Shown here piece by piece: positions 55,190 to 64,000 of a DNA stretch of 64,000 bases. The stretch comes from Candidatus Caribbeanibacter nitroreducens (GTDB lineage Bacteria > Gemmatimonadota > Gemmatimonadetes > Palauibacterales > Palauibacteraceae). Location: positions 140-64,139 of the forward strand of contig CANPVF010000126.1 in assembly GCA_947581645.1 (NCBI GenBank), given 5' to 3'. A model generated the notes under the pieces. That model did not search any database, had not been told where the DNA came from, and worked only from the letters and a program-made list of their open reading frames with translations. The translations under genes were made by a program, and so were the position numbers. Numbering within the stretch: position 1 is the stretch's first letter; each line of letters begins with the position of its first letter.

Positions 55190-56617
55190 GTGGAATCGCC
55201 ACCAGAATCGGGCAACCCGAGCCGCGTCTCCAGCGAGAGCCCGAAGGGTCTGGATCGCCTCGTACAGGCTGCAGTGGCAGCTTGTGGGCTCGTCATGGTC
55301 GGCACTCTGGTCGCCGTGCCTCCTCCCGCCTCTGCTGGCTGGTGGAAGGCCCTCGGCTTCCTCTACGTGTTCGCCGTGGCCGCCGGGACCATGAAGGTCC
55401 CGGTGACGGCGGACGGTACGAGGACCTCGGTCGAGTACGTTCCGCATCTCGCCACGGTGGTCCTCCTCGGCCCGTCTGCCGGGGCGCTGCTGGTCCTGGC
55501 GAGCGTGCCCTTCATGCAGTGGGCTCTCGAGGGCAAGCCGATGCGGAAGGTGATCTACAACTCCGCCCAGATGGGCCTCAGCGTCACGCTGGCGGGATGG
55601 GCCTATCAGGCCGCCGGCGCCGATCCCGGACTCGGCACGCTGGCGTTCCCGGCCACCCTCCTTCCCTTCCTGACGGCGGTCGTCGTCTACTTCAGCGTTA
55701 ACAGCTGGGCCGTGGCGGTCGTCGTGGCCCTGAGCAGCGGGAGGTCCGTCACCTCCACGTGGTGGAAGCTGTCCGGCCGGATGAGCGGCTTCGACGTCTT
55801 CGTCAGTCCCGTCGCCTACGGCATCGCGTACCTGGCAGTGGCGTTCGGTCCCGCGGCGACACTCCTCGGCCTGGTTCCCCTGTTCGGGCTCCGCTTCACG
55901 TACGGGGCGAACGTGGAGCTGGAGCACCTGAACACGGACCTCCTGCGGATGACGATCCGTCTTCTGGAGTCCCAGGATCCCTATACGTCGGGGCATGCGG
56001 CCAGAGTGGCGGAGTTCAGCCGGATGCTCGGAGAGGAGCTCGGGCTCTGGGTTCCGGATCTCAGACGGGTGGAGCGGGCGGCCCTCCTTCACGACATTGG
56101 CAAGATCGACCGGGCCTACCGAGAGATCCTGAATCAGGAAGGCCCCCTCAGCGACGCCCAGTGGGAACTAATGAAGAAGCATCCCGAGCGGAGCGTCGAT
56201 CTGCTGTCGTCCGTGCGCAGCCTGGACGACCGGGTCCGGGCCGCCGTCCGGCACCATCACGAACGGTGGGACGGGGGCGGCTATCCCGACGGCCTGGAGG
56301 AGGCGGAGATCCCCCGGGGGGCGCGGATCATCGCTGTGGCGGATACCGTTGACGCCATGCTCACGTCTCGCCCCTACCGCGATGCCCTCGAGCCGGGCGT
56401 GGTCCGAAGCGAGCTGGCCGAGAACGCGGGGACGCAGTTCGACCCGGAGGTCGTCGACGCCGCCCGCCGCTGTGACTTGGTTCGAGCAGCCCAGCGTGTT
56501 ATTCAAGAGCAGGAAGCAGAGGAAGACGGCGAGTCGCCGGTCTCCGACGAGGTCTCCGTCGTGGACGAGACATCCCCGGATCCGAGGCCGGTTCGGCGGA
56601 CCGCAGGGGCAGGCTGA
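55190..56617 (+). CDS. membrane-anchored HD-GYP domain phosphohydrolase (c-di-GMP phosphodiesterase family)
   Basis: Six or seven N-terminal TM helices, then HD…HHERWDGGGYPDGL (the HD-GYP signature). GTG start. Confidence 0.8.
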   Translation: MESPPESGNPSRVSSESPKGLDRLVQAAVAACGLVMVGTLVAVPPPASAGWWKALGFLYVFAVAAGTMKVPVTADGTRTSVEYVPHLATVVLLGPSAGALLVLASVPFMQWALEGKPMRKVIYNSAQMGLSVTLAGWAYQAAGADPGLGTLAFPATLLPFLTAVVVYFSVNSWAVAVVVALSSGRSVTSTWWKLSGRMSGFDVFVSPVAYGIAYLAVAFGPAATLLGLVPLFGLRFTYGANVELEHLNTDLLRMTIRLLESQDPYTSGHAARVAEFSRMLGEELGLWVPDLRRVERAALLHDIGKIDRAYREILNQEGPLSDAQWELMKKHPERSVDLLSSVRSLDDRVRAAVRHHHERWDGGGYPDGLEEAEIPRGARIIAVADTVDAMLTSRPYRDALEPGVVRSELAENAGTQFDPEVVDAARRCDLVRAAQRVIQEQEAEEDGESPVSDEVSVVDETSPDPRPVRRTAGAG

Positions 56618-56727
56618 GGCACCGCCGTCGCCCGGCACCGAGGCGATCGACGGTCGCATCACACAGAACTGTAGCGAAGCGTTCCCTCCAGCCAGCCCGG
56701 GCCGGCGACTCGTCTCCCCGAGGATTC

Positions 56728-58602
56728 ATGGAGCAAATGCTGGGTGGTTCCGCGGGTCCCGACCGCCTCCACTGTGCTGTTCTCGTTGCTGCGGCGACCG
56801 TCCTGACCGCAGCTCTGCCCACGGTGGGAGCTTCCCGGACCGTCGCTCGTGCCGCGATACCGTCCTCTCCCGCCGAAGCCACCTCCACGGGCGCCACAGG
56901 ATCCGCAGCGGCCGTATTCGCCCGAGCCGACAGCCAGGAGCTTCGTGAGGTGGCGGAGGACCGGCAGCGCGAGTTCGAGGAGCGGCGCCGCTCACACCTG
57001 GAGACCACCTGGGGGCGGCCGGTGACGCGCTGCGACGAGGTGGTGGGCCGCTTCTGCCTCTGGCACTCGGAGGGACGGAGCTGGGAGCCGCCCGAGGAGC
57101 CGGCTCCGGTGAGGGAGGCACGCCGCCGGCTCTTGGCCGCGCTGGACAGCGCCGCACGCCGGATCCCCGGCGATCCGTGGGTGGCGGGCCAGCGGGTCCG
57201 GTACCTGCTCGAGGACGGCCGCTTCGACGCGGCCCTGGAAGCGGCCGGGGCCTGTCGGGCCGCGAGCTGGTGGTGCCGGGCGCTGACCGGCCTGGTGCAT
57301 CACCGCGCCGGACGGTACCGGGACGCGGAGAACAGCTTCGAGTCCGCGCTGGACGCCATGGAACGGGAGCGGGCCTGCCGGTGGAGGGACCTGCGGGACC
57401 TGCTGGAGGGGGACCTCCGGGACACCTTCGACGACCGGTCCTGCGGCGAGCGCGCGGCGCTGGAGGAGAGAGTCTGGTGGCTGGCCGACCCCTTCTACCT
57501 GGTCCGGGGCAACGACCGGCGCGCGGAGCACTTCTCCCGATGGGTCCTGGACCGGACGCAGCGGGAGGCGGAGACCCCGTCGGGCGTCCGATGGGGAGAG
57601 GATCTGCAGGAGCTGCTGGTGCGCTACGGGTGGCCCGTGGGCTGGGAGCGGGACGTGTCCACGGACGCGCCCGGGACGTCGGTGATCAGCCACTATCCGG
57701 ATCCCGCCCGTCGGTGGATGCCCGGGGAGGCCCGGCACGTGACCGCGCCGGAGTCGATTCCCGAGGACGGGTGGCCCCTGGACCCGCCGGACCCCAACAG
57801 CGAGTACTCCCCGCGCTACGTCCGGGCATTCGGCACGCTCCACGCCATGGTGAGCCGGTTCCGGCGGGGCGACTCCACCCTGGTGGTCGCCGCGTACCAG
57901 CTGGAGCCGGAGGCCGTGGAGGGGGAGGGCCGGAACGCGGACACGGTGCGGGTCCGGGGATGGGTGCGATCCGGCCTCTTCCTGGACGAGGGGCCGGGCC
58001 GGCCGCCGGCGGCGACCACCAGCCGCACCCTGGGACGGAGGGGCGTCCTGGCCGCCCGCTCGTTGGCGGGGGGCAGGCTCCTCTCGCTGGAGGTGCTGGC
58101 CCCGGCGGACAGCGTGGCCGCCCGACTCCGACACGGCGTGCGGCTGCCCTCGATGCCGGAGGAGAGCGTGGCCGTCTCCGACCTCATGCTGGTGCAGGCC
58201 GAGGCCGACACCCTGCCGCCGGGCCTCGAGAGGGTGATCTCCCGGGCCCGTCCCATCGGGACGTACCGGCCGGGGCAGCGGGTCGGCCTCTACTGGGAGG
58301 TGTACGGCTCCCGCGGCGCGGTGGGGCGCCTCCGGACCTCCGTGTCCCTCTCGCGGGAGGACGGCGGCTTCTTCCAGAGCCTGGGGGCTCTCCTGGGGCT
58401 GGGGGGCGGCGGCGGGGAGGAGGTGCGGATGGAGTGGCGGGAGCGGGTGTCGCCGGCCCGGCGGGTGCACCCCCGCTCCCTGGTGATACGGCTTCCGGAG
58501 CGGCTCCCGGAGGACCGGTATACGCTCCGCGTCACGGCCGTCCCGGCGGGGGGCGACACGGTGGCGGCCAGCCGCCGCATCCGCGTCCGGAGCGGCGGGT
58601 GA
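56728..58602 (+). CDS. hypothetical secreted protein (624 aa), possibly GWxTD-like
   Basis: Signal peptide AVLVAAATVLTAALPTVGA. Segment VRWGEDLQELLVRYGWPVGWERD resembles the GWxTD…YG.P core motif. No other assignable domains. Confidence 0.55.
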   Translation: MEQMLGGSAGPDRLHCAVLVAAATVLTAALPTVGASRTVARAAIPSSPAEATSTGATGSAAAVFARADSQELREVAEDRQREFEERRRSHLETTWGRPVTRCDEVVGRFCLWHSEGRSWEPPEEPAPVREARRRLLAALDSAARRIPGDPWVAGQRVRYLLEDGRFDAALEAAGACRAASWWCRALTGLVHHRAGRYRDAENSFESALDAMERERACRWRDLRDLLEGDLRDTFDDRSCGERAALEERVWWLADPFYLVRGNDRRAEHFSRWVLDRTQREAETPSGVRWGEDLQELLVRYGWPVGWERDVSTDAPGTSVISHYPDPARRWMPGEARHVTAPESIPEDGWPLDPPDPNSEYSPRYVRAFGTLHAMVSRFRRGDSTLVVAAYQLEPEAVEGEGRNADTVRVRGWVRSGLFLDEGPGRPPAATTSRTLGRRGVLAARSLAGGRLLSLEVLAPADSVAARLRHGVRLPSMPEESVAVSDLMLVQAEADTLPPGLERVISRARPIGTYRPGQRVGLYWEVYGSRGAVGRLRTSVSLSREDGGFFQSLGALLGLGGGGGEEVRMEWRERVSPARRVHPRSLVIRLPERLPEDRYTLRVTAVPAGGDTVAASRRIRVRSGG

Positions 58603-58761
58603 GCCCGTGTGACGGCCGGGCCTCCGACCCGTAGAATCGGGACGGCTCGTCGCGACGATGTTTTCGGACGGGCGAGCGCGAGGGGCGCAAGCGGTATCCA
58701 ACGGCCCCCTCGCCGACACCGCGACCCTGCGCCAGAGCACTCGACGCCACGGGGAGACACC

Positions 58762-59391
58762 ATGAAGGCGACTCGATCCGCGACACGGACTCTTCTCGGA
58801 CTCTTCACCGCCGCTGCCCTTCCCGCCCTCGCCCTCTCGGCGTGCGGGAACGCGGACGGCGCCGGCTCCTCCGGCGGGAGCGGGGCCTCCGCCACGGACC
58901 GGGGGGGCGGGGCCGGCGGACAGGGAAGCGCCCAGGCCGCGGCGCTGGACACGGCCCGGGCCACCTTCGCCGGCACCGGGGGGCAGCAGATCGGAAGCGC
59001 CACGCTGATCGGGACGCCGCACGGGGTCCTGGTGCATGCCGACCTGGAGGACTTCCCGCCGGGGACGCACGGCTTCCACCTGCACGAGACGGGCTCCTGC
59101 TCGCCCGACTTCACCGCCTCCGGCGGCCACTTCAACCCGCACGGCACGGGGCACGGCTTCTTCGATCCGAAGGGGCGACACGTGGGGGACCTCCCGAACA
59201 TCCACGTACCGGAGAGCGGCAGCCTGGAGATCGAGTACCTGGCTGACCTGGCCACCCTCGGGGAGGGAGAGGCCGCCCTCCTCGACGACGACGGCGCGGC
59301 CATCGTCGTGCACCAGGGCGGCGACGACTACAGGACCGATCCCGCCGGTGCCGGTGGTGAGCGCATCGCGTGCGCCGTGATTCGCGGCTGA
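58762..59391 (+). CDS. sodC: Cu/Zn superoxide dismutase, lipoprotein
   Basis: Lipobox ALALSACG. Motifs GFHLHETGSC and GGHFNPHG…HVGDLPN…GERIACAVIRG. Confidence 0.85.
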   Translation: MKATRSATRTLLGLFTAAALPALALSACGNADGAGSSGGSGASATDRGGGAGGQGSAQAAALDTARATFAGTGGQQIGSATLIGTPHGVLVHADLEDFPPGTHGFHLHETGSCSPDFTASGGHFNPHGTGHGFFDPKGRHVGDLPNIHVPESGSLEIEYLADLATLGEGEAALLDDDGAAIVVHQGGDDYRTDPAGAGGERIACAVIRG

Positions 59392-61088
59392 GCGGAACGA
59401 CCTTCTCCGGTCACACTCCAGCACGGGAGATCCAGTTGGATCCCGACCCGACGTCGCGCTGCCCGTCTCCGCGCGCCCTCCTCCCTTCCGTTCCCGCGCT
59501 GGCGGCGTTCCTGGTCGCCGGCCTCCTCGCCCTGGGGTCGGTGGCCGGGCCGCCCCGGACGCTGGCCCAGCCGTCGGGCGCCGGCGGTCAGTTCGGGGAG
59601 CTGGCCGACGGCCCGTACGACCGCCTCGTGATCCGCGGCGCCATGGTGATCCCGGGGCACGGCGGCCCGCCCACCGGCCCCTACGACATCGTCATCGAGG
59701 GCGACTCCATCGCCCAGATGCACGCCTTCGACGCCGACGACCCGCCCCCGGCGTCGGAGCGCCCGTCGGGAGACCGGGTGATCGAGGCCGACGGCGACTA
59801 CGTGATGCCGGGGATGATCGACCTCCACCACCACATCCGGCAGGAGCCCCTGCCGCTGGAGTACATCTACTACCTGAAGCTCGCCCACGGCGTCACGACC
59901 ATGGTTCCGTCGCCCGACCGGGGCCTGCACCCGGCCATGCGCGAGGCGGACCGCGCCGCCGCCGGCGAGATCCTGGCGCCGGAGATGTATCCGATCTGGG
60001 GGTGGGGCGACAGCACCGACTTCACCCGGGCCGAGCTGGAGGATCCGGAGAACGCCCCCGAAGTGGCCCGGGCCATGGCCGAGAACGGCATGCACGTGGT
60101 CTACCTGAACGACCTCGGGTGGAAGCCGGAGCTCTTCGACGCCGTGGCCGACGCCGTGGAGGCCACGGGCGGGGTCACCGGCGTGCACCTGCCGCCCTCC
60201 ACCACCTCCATGGTGAACGCCGTCGAGGCGGCCCGGATGGGCGTCACCATGATCCTCCACCACTACGGCTACGCGGAGTCGGCGCTGGAGCGCGGAGTCC
60301 AGGACTTTCCGGCCGACTACCAGTTCAGCGACGAGCTCGAGCGCTTCCGGCAGGCCGGTGAGGTGTGGAGCGAGGCGCCAGAGGACCGCCTGCTGGGAAT
60401 GGTGGCCGACTCGCTGGCGGCCTACGGCGTGGCCATGCTCCCGACCCGGGTCGTCTACGAGGCGAACCGGGACATCCTCCGCGCCCGGAGCCTTCCGTGG
60501 CACGAGAAGTACACGCACCGGGCCCTGATCGAGCTGTACCTGCCGAGCAAGACGAACCACGGCGCCTACTTCTACGACTGGACGTCCGAGGACGAGCAGG
60601 CCTGGTACGAGGCGTTCGACCTCTGGGGCGACCTGATCCACGAGTTCAACGAGCGGGGCGGCACCGTCGCCTACGGCACGGACGACGCCTATATCTGGGC
60701 GACGCCGGGCTTCTCCACGGTGCGCGAGCTGCAGCTGGTGCGGGAGTCCGGGCTCCACAACCTGGAAGTGCTGAAGAGCGCCACGTACAGCAGCGCGGAG
60801 GTGCTCAGGCGGCCGGACCTGGGGCTGGTGCGCCCCGGCTACGAGGCGGACCTGGTCCTGGTGGACGGCAACCCGGCGTACAACCTCCGCTTCCTCTATT
60901 CCTTCGGGGCGTTGACCACCGACGACGCGGGCGAGATGTACCGCACGGAGGGCATCGTCCACACCATCACCGACGGGGTCGTGGTGAACAACGACCGGCT
61001 GATGGAGGAGGTGGCCCGCATGGTCCGGGAGTCGAAGCAGGGGGCGCCGCCGACCGTGGTGGACTCTCCCTTCGTGGTGCGACCGTGA
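59370..61088 (+). CDS. secreted amidohydrolase-family metal-dependent hydrolase (start uncertain)
   Basis: Internal signal peptide and GMIDLHHHI (the HxH metal site). It overlaps the sodC 3' end, so the true start is probably internal. Confidence 0.7.
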   Translation: MRRDSRLSGTTFSGHTPAREIQLDPDPTSRCPSPRALLPSVPALAAFLVAGLLALGSVAGPPRTLAQPSGAGGQFGELADGPYDRLVIRGAMVIPGHGGPPTGPYDIVIEGDSIAQMHAFDADDPPPASERPSGDRVIEADGDYVMPGMIDLHHHIRQEPLPLEYIYYLKLAHGVTTMVPSPDRGLHPAMREADRAAAGEILAPEMYPIWGWGDSTDFTRAELEDPENAPEVARAMAENGMHVVYLNDLGWKPELFDAVADAVEATGGVTGVHLPPSTTSMVNAVEAARMGVTMILHHYGYAESALERGVQDFPADYQFSDELERFRQAGEVWSEAPEDRLLGMVADSLAAYGVAMLPTRVVYEANRDILRARSLPWHEKYTHRALIELYLPSKTNHGAYFYDWTSEDEQAWYEAFDLWGDLIHEFNERGGTVAYGTDDAYIWATPGFSTVRELQLVRESGLHNLEVLKSATYSSAEVLRRPDLGLVRPGYEADLVLVDGNPAYNLRFLYSFGALTTDDAGEMYRTEGIVHTITDGVVVNNDRLMEEVARMVRESKQGAPPTVVDSPFVVRP

Positions 61089-62461
61089 CGCCGGGCGGGG
61101 GCGGTTCGTCCCGCGCGGCGTCACTCCTCCTGGCGGGCGCACTGGCCCTCCTGGTCCACGCGCAGCCGTCGCCGGCGAGCTCCGCTCAGCCCGCGGACTC
61201 GGTGACCCTGGCCCTCGTCGGCGGCCAGGTGATCGACGGCTACGGGGAATCCCCCATCGAGGACGGCGTGGTCCTCATCTCCGGGAACCGCATCGCCCGG
61301 GTCGGATCCGAAGCCGAGGTCGAGGTGCCCGAGGGGACGCGTGTCGTCTCCACCGAGGGCATGACGGTGATGCCCGGCCTCTTCGACATGCACGTGCATC
61401 TCCAGATCCTCGGCCACGGGGACTACGAGCGCTGGAACGAGCTGTACGGCGACCGGCTGGCAGAGGACGTGATGCCGGTGGCGGCGCGGCAGCTCCTGGC
61501 GGCCGGGGTGACCTCGGCCCGTGACCTGGGGGCGCCGCCGGAGGACATCCTGGAGGTGCGGCGGCGAATCCGGAGCGGCGACGTGCCGGGCCCGCGGCTC
61601 TTCGTGGCCGGGGCCTTCCTCCAGGACGCCCCCTACGAGCCCTGGCAGAGCGACTACCGGTGGGGCGTGGACGGCCCGGAGGACGCGCGGAGCAAGGTGC
61701 GGCGCCTGGTCGAGGCGGGCGTCGACGTCATCAAGCTCATCGACCAGGACCGGATGGAGGAGCCCGAGGTCGAGGCCGTGGTCGACGCGGCCCACGACGC
61801 CGGCCTCCCCGTGGTGGCACACGCGCACCGGGTCGAGGAGATCCTGGTGGGGCTCGAGCACGGGGTGGACAACTTCGAGCACACGGGGCTCGGAACGGCG
61901 CCCGGATATCCGGAGCGGGTGATGCGGGAGCTCCGGGAGCGGAACCTGGACCTGTACTGGACGCCCACCGTGAGTCCGCTGTACGTGATGCGCTACACGG
62001 GGAGCCGGTTCCCGGAACGGCTGGACGACCCCGGCTGGCGGCGCTTCATGCCCGACTCCATGGCACGCGAGATCCGGGCGTCGCTGGAGCACATCCCCCG
62101 CCTTCCCTACTACGCCGATTTCCCGGCGAGAATTCCGACCCTGCCGGACAAGTTCGATCAGCTCCGGGACGCCGGCGTCAAGATGATGATCGGCACGGAC
62201 GCCGGCATCCCCTCCATGTTCCACATCGACGCCACGTGGCGGGAGATGGAGCGCTGGCAGCGACTCGGCGTCGATCCGATGAGGATCATCCAGGCCGCCA
62301 CTCTGGTCCCCGCACGCTTCCTGGGGGTCCAGGACCGGCTCGGCACGCTGGCCCCGGGCAAGCTCGCCGACGTGATCGCGGTCCGGGGCGATCCGCTACG
62401 GGACATGCGGGCCATGCGGGACGTGGAGGTCGTCGTGAAGGACGGGCGGAGGGTCCACTGA
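61085..62461 (+). CDS. secreted amidohydrolase-family protein
   Basis: GLFDMHVHL (HxH), VVAHAHRVEE, and a C-terminal MIGTDAG region. GTG start in a GTGA overlap. Confidence 0.8.
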   Translation: MTPGGGGSSRAASLLLAGALALLVHAQPSPASSAQPADSVTLALVGGQVIDGYGESPIEDGVVLISGNRIARVGSEAEVEVPEGTRVVSTEGMTVMPGLFDMHVHLQILGHGDYERWNELYGDRLAEDVMPVAARQLLAAGVTSARDLGAPPEDILEVRRRIRSGDVPGPRLFVAGAFLQDAPYEPWQSDYRWGVDGPEDARSKVRRLVEAGVDVIKLIDQDRMEEPEVEAVVDAAHDAGLPVVAHAHRVEEILVGLEHGVDNFEHTGLGTAPGYPERVMRELRERNLDLYWTPTVSPLYVMRYTGSRFPERLDDPGWRRFMPDSMAREIRASLEHIPRLPYYADFPARIPTLPDKFDQLRDAGVKMMIGTDAGIPSMFHIDATWREMERWQRLGVDPMRIIQAATLVPARFLGVQDRLGTLAPGKLADVIAVRGDPLRDMRAMRDVEVVVKDGRRVH

Positions 62462-62512
62462 GCCCGCCCTGATTCCAGTACCGATTCCACTGGAACGAGA
62501 GAGGAGAGGACC

Positions 62513-63358
62513 ATGAGGATCGAGAGAAGCGATCTGCTTCGCGCCGGCGGGCTCGCCCTGGCCCTCGTGGTCGGCGGGGCCGCGGTGCTCCAGGCCCACG
62601 ACTTCTGGGTGGTGCCCCAGCTCTTCCGGGTGCCCCAGGGGTGGGCGGTGCAGGTGGCCGGCCAGACCGGGATGAACTTCCCGGAGAGCCTGTCGGCCAT
62701 CGAGAGGGGGCGCGTGGCCCGGGCGGAGCTGGTCTCCTCCGACAGCCGCGTGCCCGTGGAGAAGAGCTTCCGCTCGGGGAGCTCCCTCATGATGGAGGCC
62801 CGGCCGGACGCCGCGGGACAGTGGTGGGTGGCCGTGGCCCTGGAGACCCGACCCATTCGCATGTCGGCCTCGCAGTTCGAGAGCTACCTGGAGCACGACG
62901 GCGTGTGGGACGTGCTCGAGGAGTGGCGCTCCTCGTCGGGGAGCACCGCCGACTCCGTGGACGAGCGGTACACGAAGTACGCGAAGGCCCTGGTGCAGGT
63001 GGGCGAGGGCGGTCCGGAGGCCTACGGCCGCCGGGTGGGTCACCCCATCGAGTTCGTGCCCCTGGAGGACCCGTTCTCCCTCCACCCGGGCGACCGGTTC
63101 CGGGCCCGCCTGCTGTGGCGCGGCGAGCCGCTGGCCAATCACGTGGTCTTCGCCGGCCGCGCCGGCGCCGGGGAAGGGCCCACGTCCCACGCCCGCACCG
63201 ACTCGGAGGGCGTCGTGGAGTTCCCGGTCTTCGTCTCCGGCCCCTGGTACCTGAAGGCCATCCACATGGCCGAGGATCCGGACGATCCCGAGGTGGAGTA
63301 CCGGAGCGACTGGGCCACGCTCACCTTCCGGGTGCCCCCGGCGGACGGCGGCGAGTAG
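62513..63358 (+). CDS. DUF4198-like secreted protein
   Basis: Signal peptide LALALVVGGAAVLQAHDFWVVP. The ~280-aa periplasmic beta-rich protein is typical of DUF4198 members. Confidence 0.55.
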   Translation: MRIERSDLLRAGGLALALVVGGAAVLQAHDFWVVPQLFRVPQGWAVQVAGQTGMNFPESLSAIERGRVARAELVSSDSRVPVEKSFRSGSSLMMEARPDAAGQWWVAVALETRPIRMSASQFESYLEHDGVWDVLEEWRSSSGSTADSVDERYTKYAKALVQVGEGGPEAYGRRVGHPIEFVPLEDPFSLHPGDRFRARLLWRGEPLANHVVFAGRAGAGEGPTSHARTDSEGVVEFPVFVSGPWYLKAIHMAEDPDDPEVEYRSDWATLTFRVPPADGGE

Positions 63359-63446
63359 GCGGCGAGCTGATCGGAGACAGCGTGTAAAACCGCCGCGTGT
63401 CCCCCGGCGCCCTCCTGGTTCCGGATCACGGCGGCCGGGGGGGCGC

Positions 63447-63722
63447 CTACGGGGCTGGTGGCGGCACGTACACGGGAAGCCCCTTCATTTCTTCACGAAT
63501 TTCCTCCAGCTCGGCCGCGATCTCCCTCATCGTATCGCCCTGCGGCTCGTCGCTTTCGACGCTGGTTCGGTAGCGCCGCTGGAGCCGAGCCAGCCGCCTG
63601 CTGAGCCGGTCGATGGTCGGCATGGCATCGAGCATGGCCTCGAACTCCTCTTCCCAGGGCTCTACAGCGTCTGGCTGCGAATTCGCCGGGCCCGAGCCGG
63701 CACTGTCCGTCGTCTCATCCAT
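63447..63722 (-). CDS. hypothetical small acidic protein
   Basis: Start MDETTDSAGSG… is residue 17 of ORF 63447..63770. Convergent with the DUF4198 gene. Confidence 0.4.
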   Translation of the reverse strand: MDETTDSAGSGPANSQPDAVEPWEEEFEAMLDAMPTIDRLSRRLARLQRRYRTSVESDEPQGDTMREIAAELEEIREEMKGLPVYVPPPAP

Positions 63723-64000
63723 TGGGCTGCCTCTCCCTCCGCACGAGAACGGCTCCACCACGCGTACCACGCGCCATGGTGTCCAGGCGGCCTCAACGTC
63801 TTCTCAAGATGATTCCCGGTTGACGGGGGGACATACACTGGACGTGAATGAGCACCGGGCGCCGGAGGTCGTCCTCCGGTGGAGGCTTCGATGTGCCCGG
63901 GCGGAGACCGGAGCGGGAGACGGAATGAAAGTGGAGATGACCGCAGTTCTGGAGACGCCCCGGACGCTCGGCGATGGAGGACGGACCGACAGCAGTTTCA

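Noticed and set aside
56992-59424. 810-aa minus-strand ORF antisense to the 624-aa secreted protein and sodC
   Set aside because: Shadow ORF. sodC has unmistakable Cu/Zn-SOD motifs on the plus strand.

Overview
This is a 64-kb window of a very high-GC (~70%) bacterial chromosome, densely coded on both strands. It looks like ordinary core genome rather than an accessory island. I support about 60 protein genes, a 14-gene tRNA array, and a few promoters, operators and terminators. The window contains no transposase, integrase, CRISPR array, restriction-modification or other recognisable defence or mobile genes.

The main content is housekeeping:
- translation and repair genes: glnS with a YqeY-type tail, alpha2-type glycyl-tRNA synthetase (glyQS), nth, queG;
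- an arginine operon argC-J-B-D-G-(gap)-H-R with probable tandem ARG boxes and a leaderless argC;
- a glycolate oxidase cluster (glcD/E/F) with a PduO-type adenosyltransferase gene inserted;
- a class V fructose-1,6-bisphosphate aldolase/phosphatase;
- an N-acylamino-acid racemase plus M20 aminoacylase pair;
- a periplasmic cluster with Cu/Zn superoxide dismutase, two amidohydrolases and a DUF4198 protein.

The items most worth a second look are:
- a compact, translationally coupled four-gene minus-strand operon (SAM methyltransferase, geranylgeranyl-reductase-family flavoprotein, SRPBCC cyclase, stand-alone KAS II-like ketosynthase);
- a sharply AT-rich ~50-bp island between that operon and a divergent Tat multicopper oxidase / ZIP transporter operon;
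- a tRNA array containing tandem initiator tRNAs and an apparent tRNA-Arg with anticodon GCG;
- a cyclase-family gene whose conserved N-terminus has no canonical start codon;
- a plug-only TonB-dependent receptor fragment.

I found no convincing novel multi-gene system. Many long ORFs in the supplied track are alternative-frame or antisense artefacts of the GC bias and are rejected below. Coordinates of RNA and regulatory features are good to about ±2 nt.
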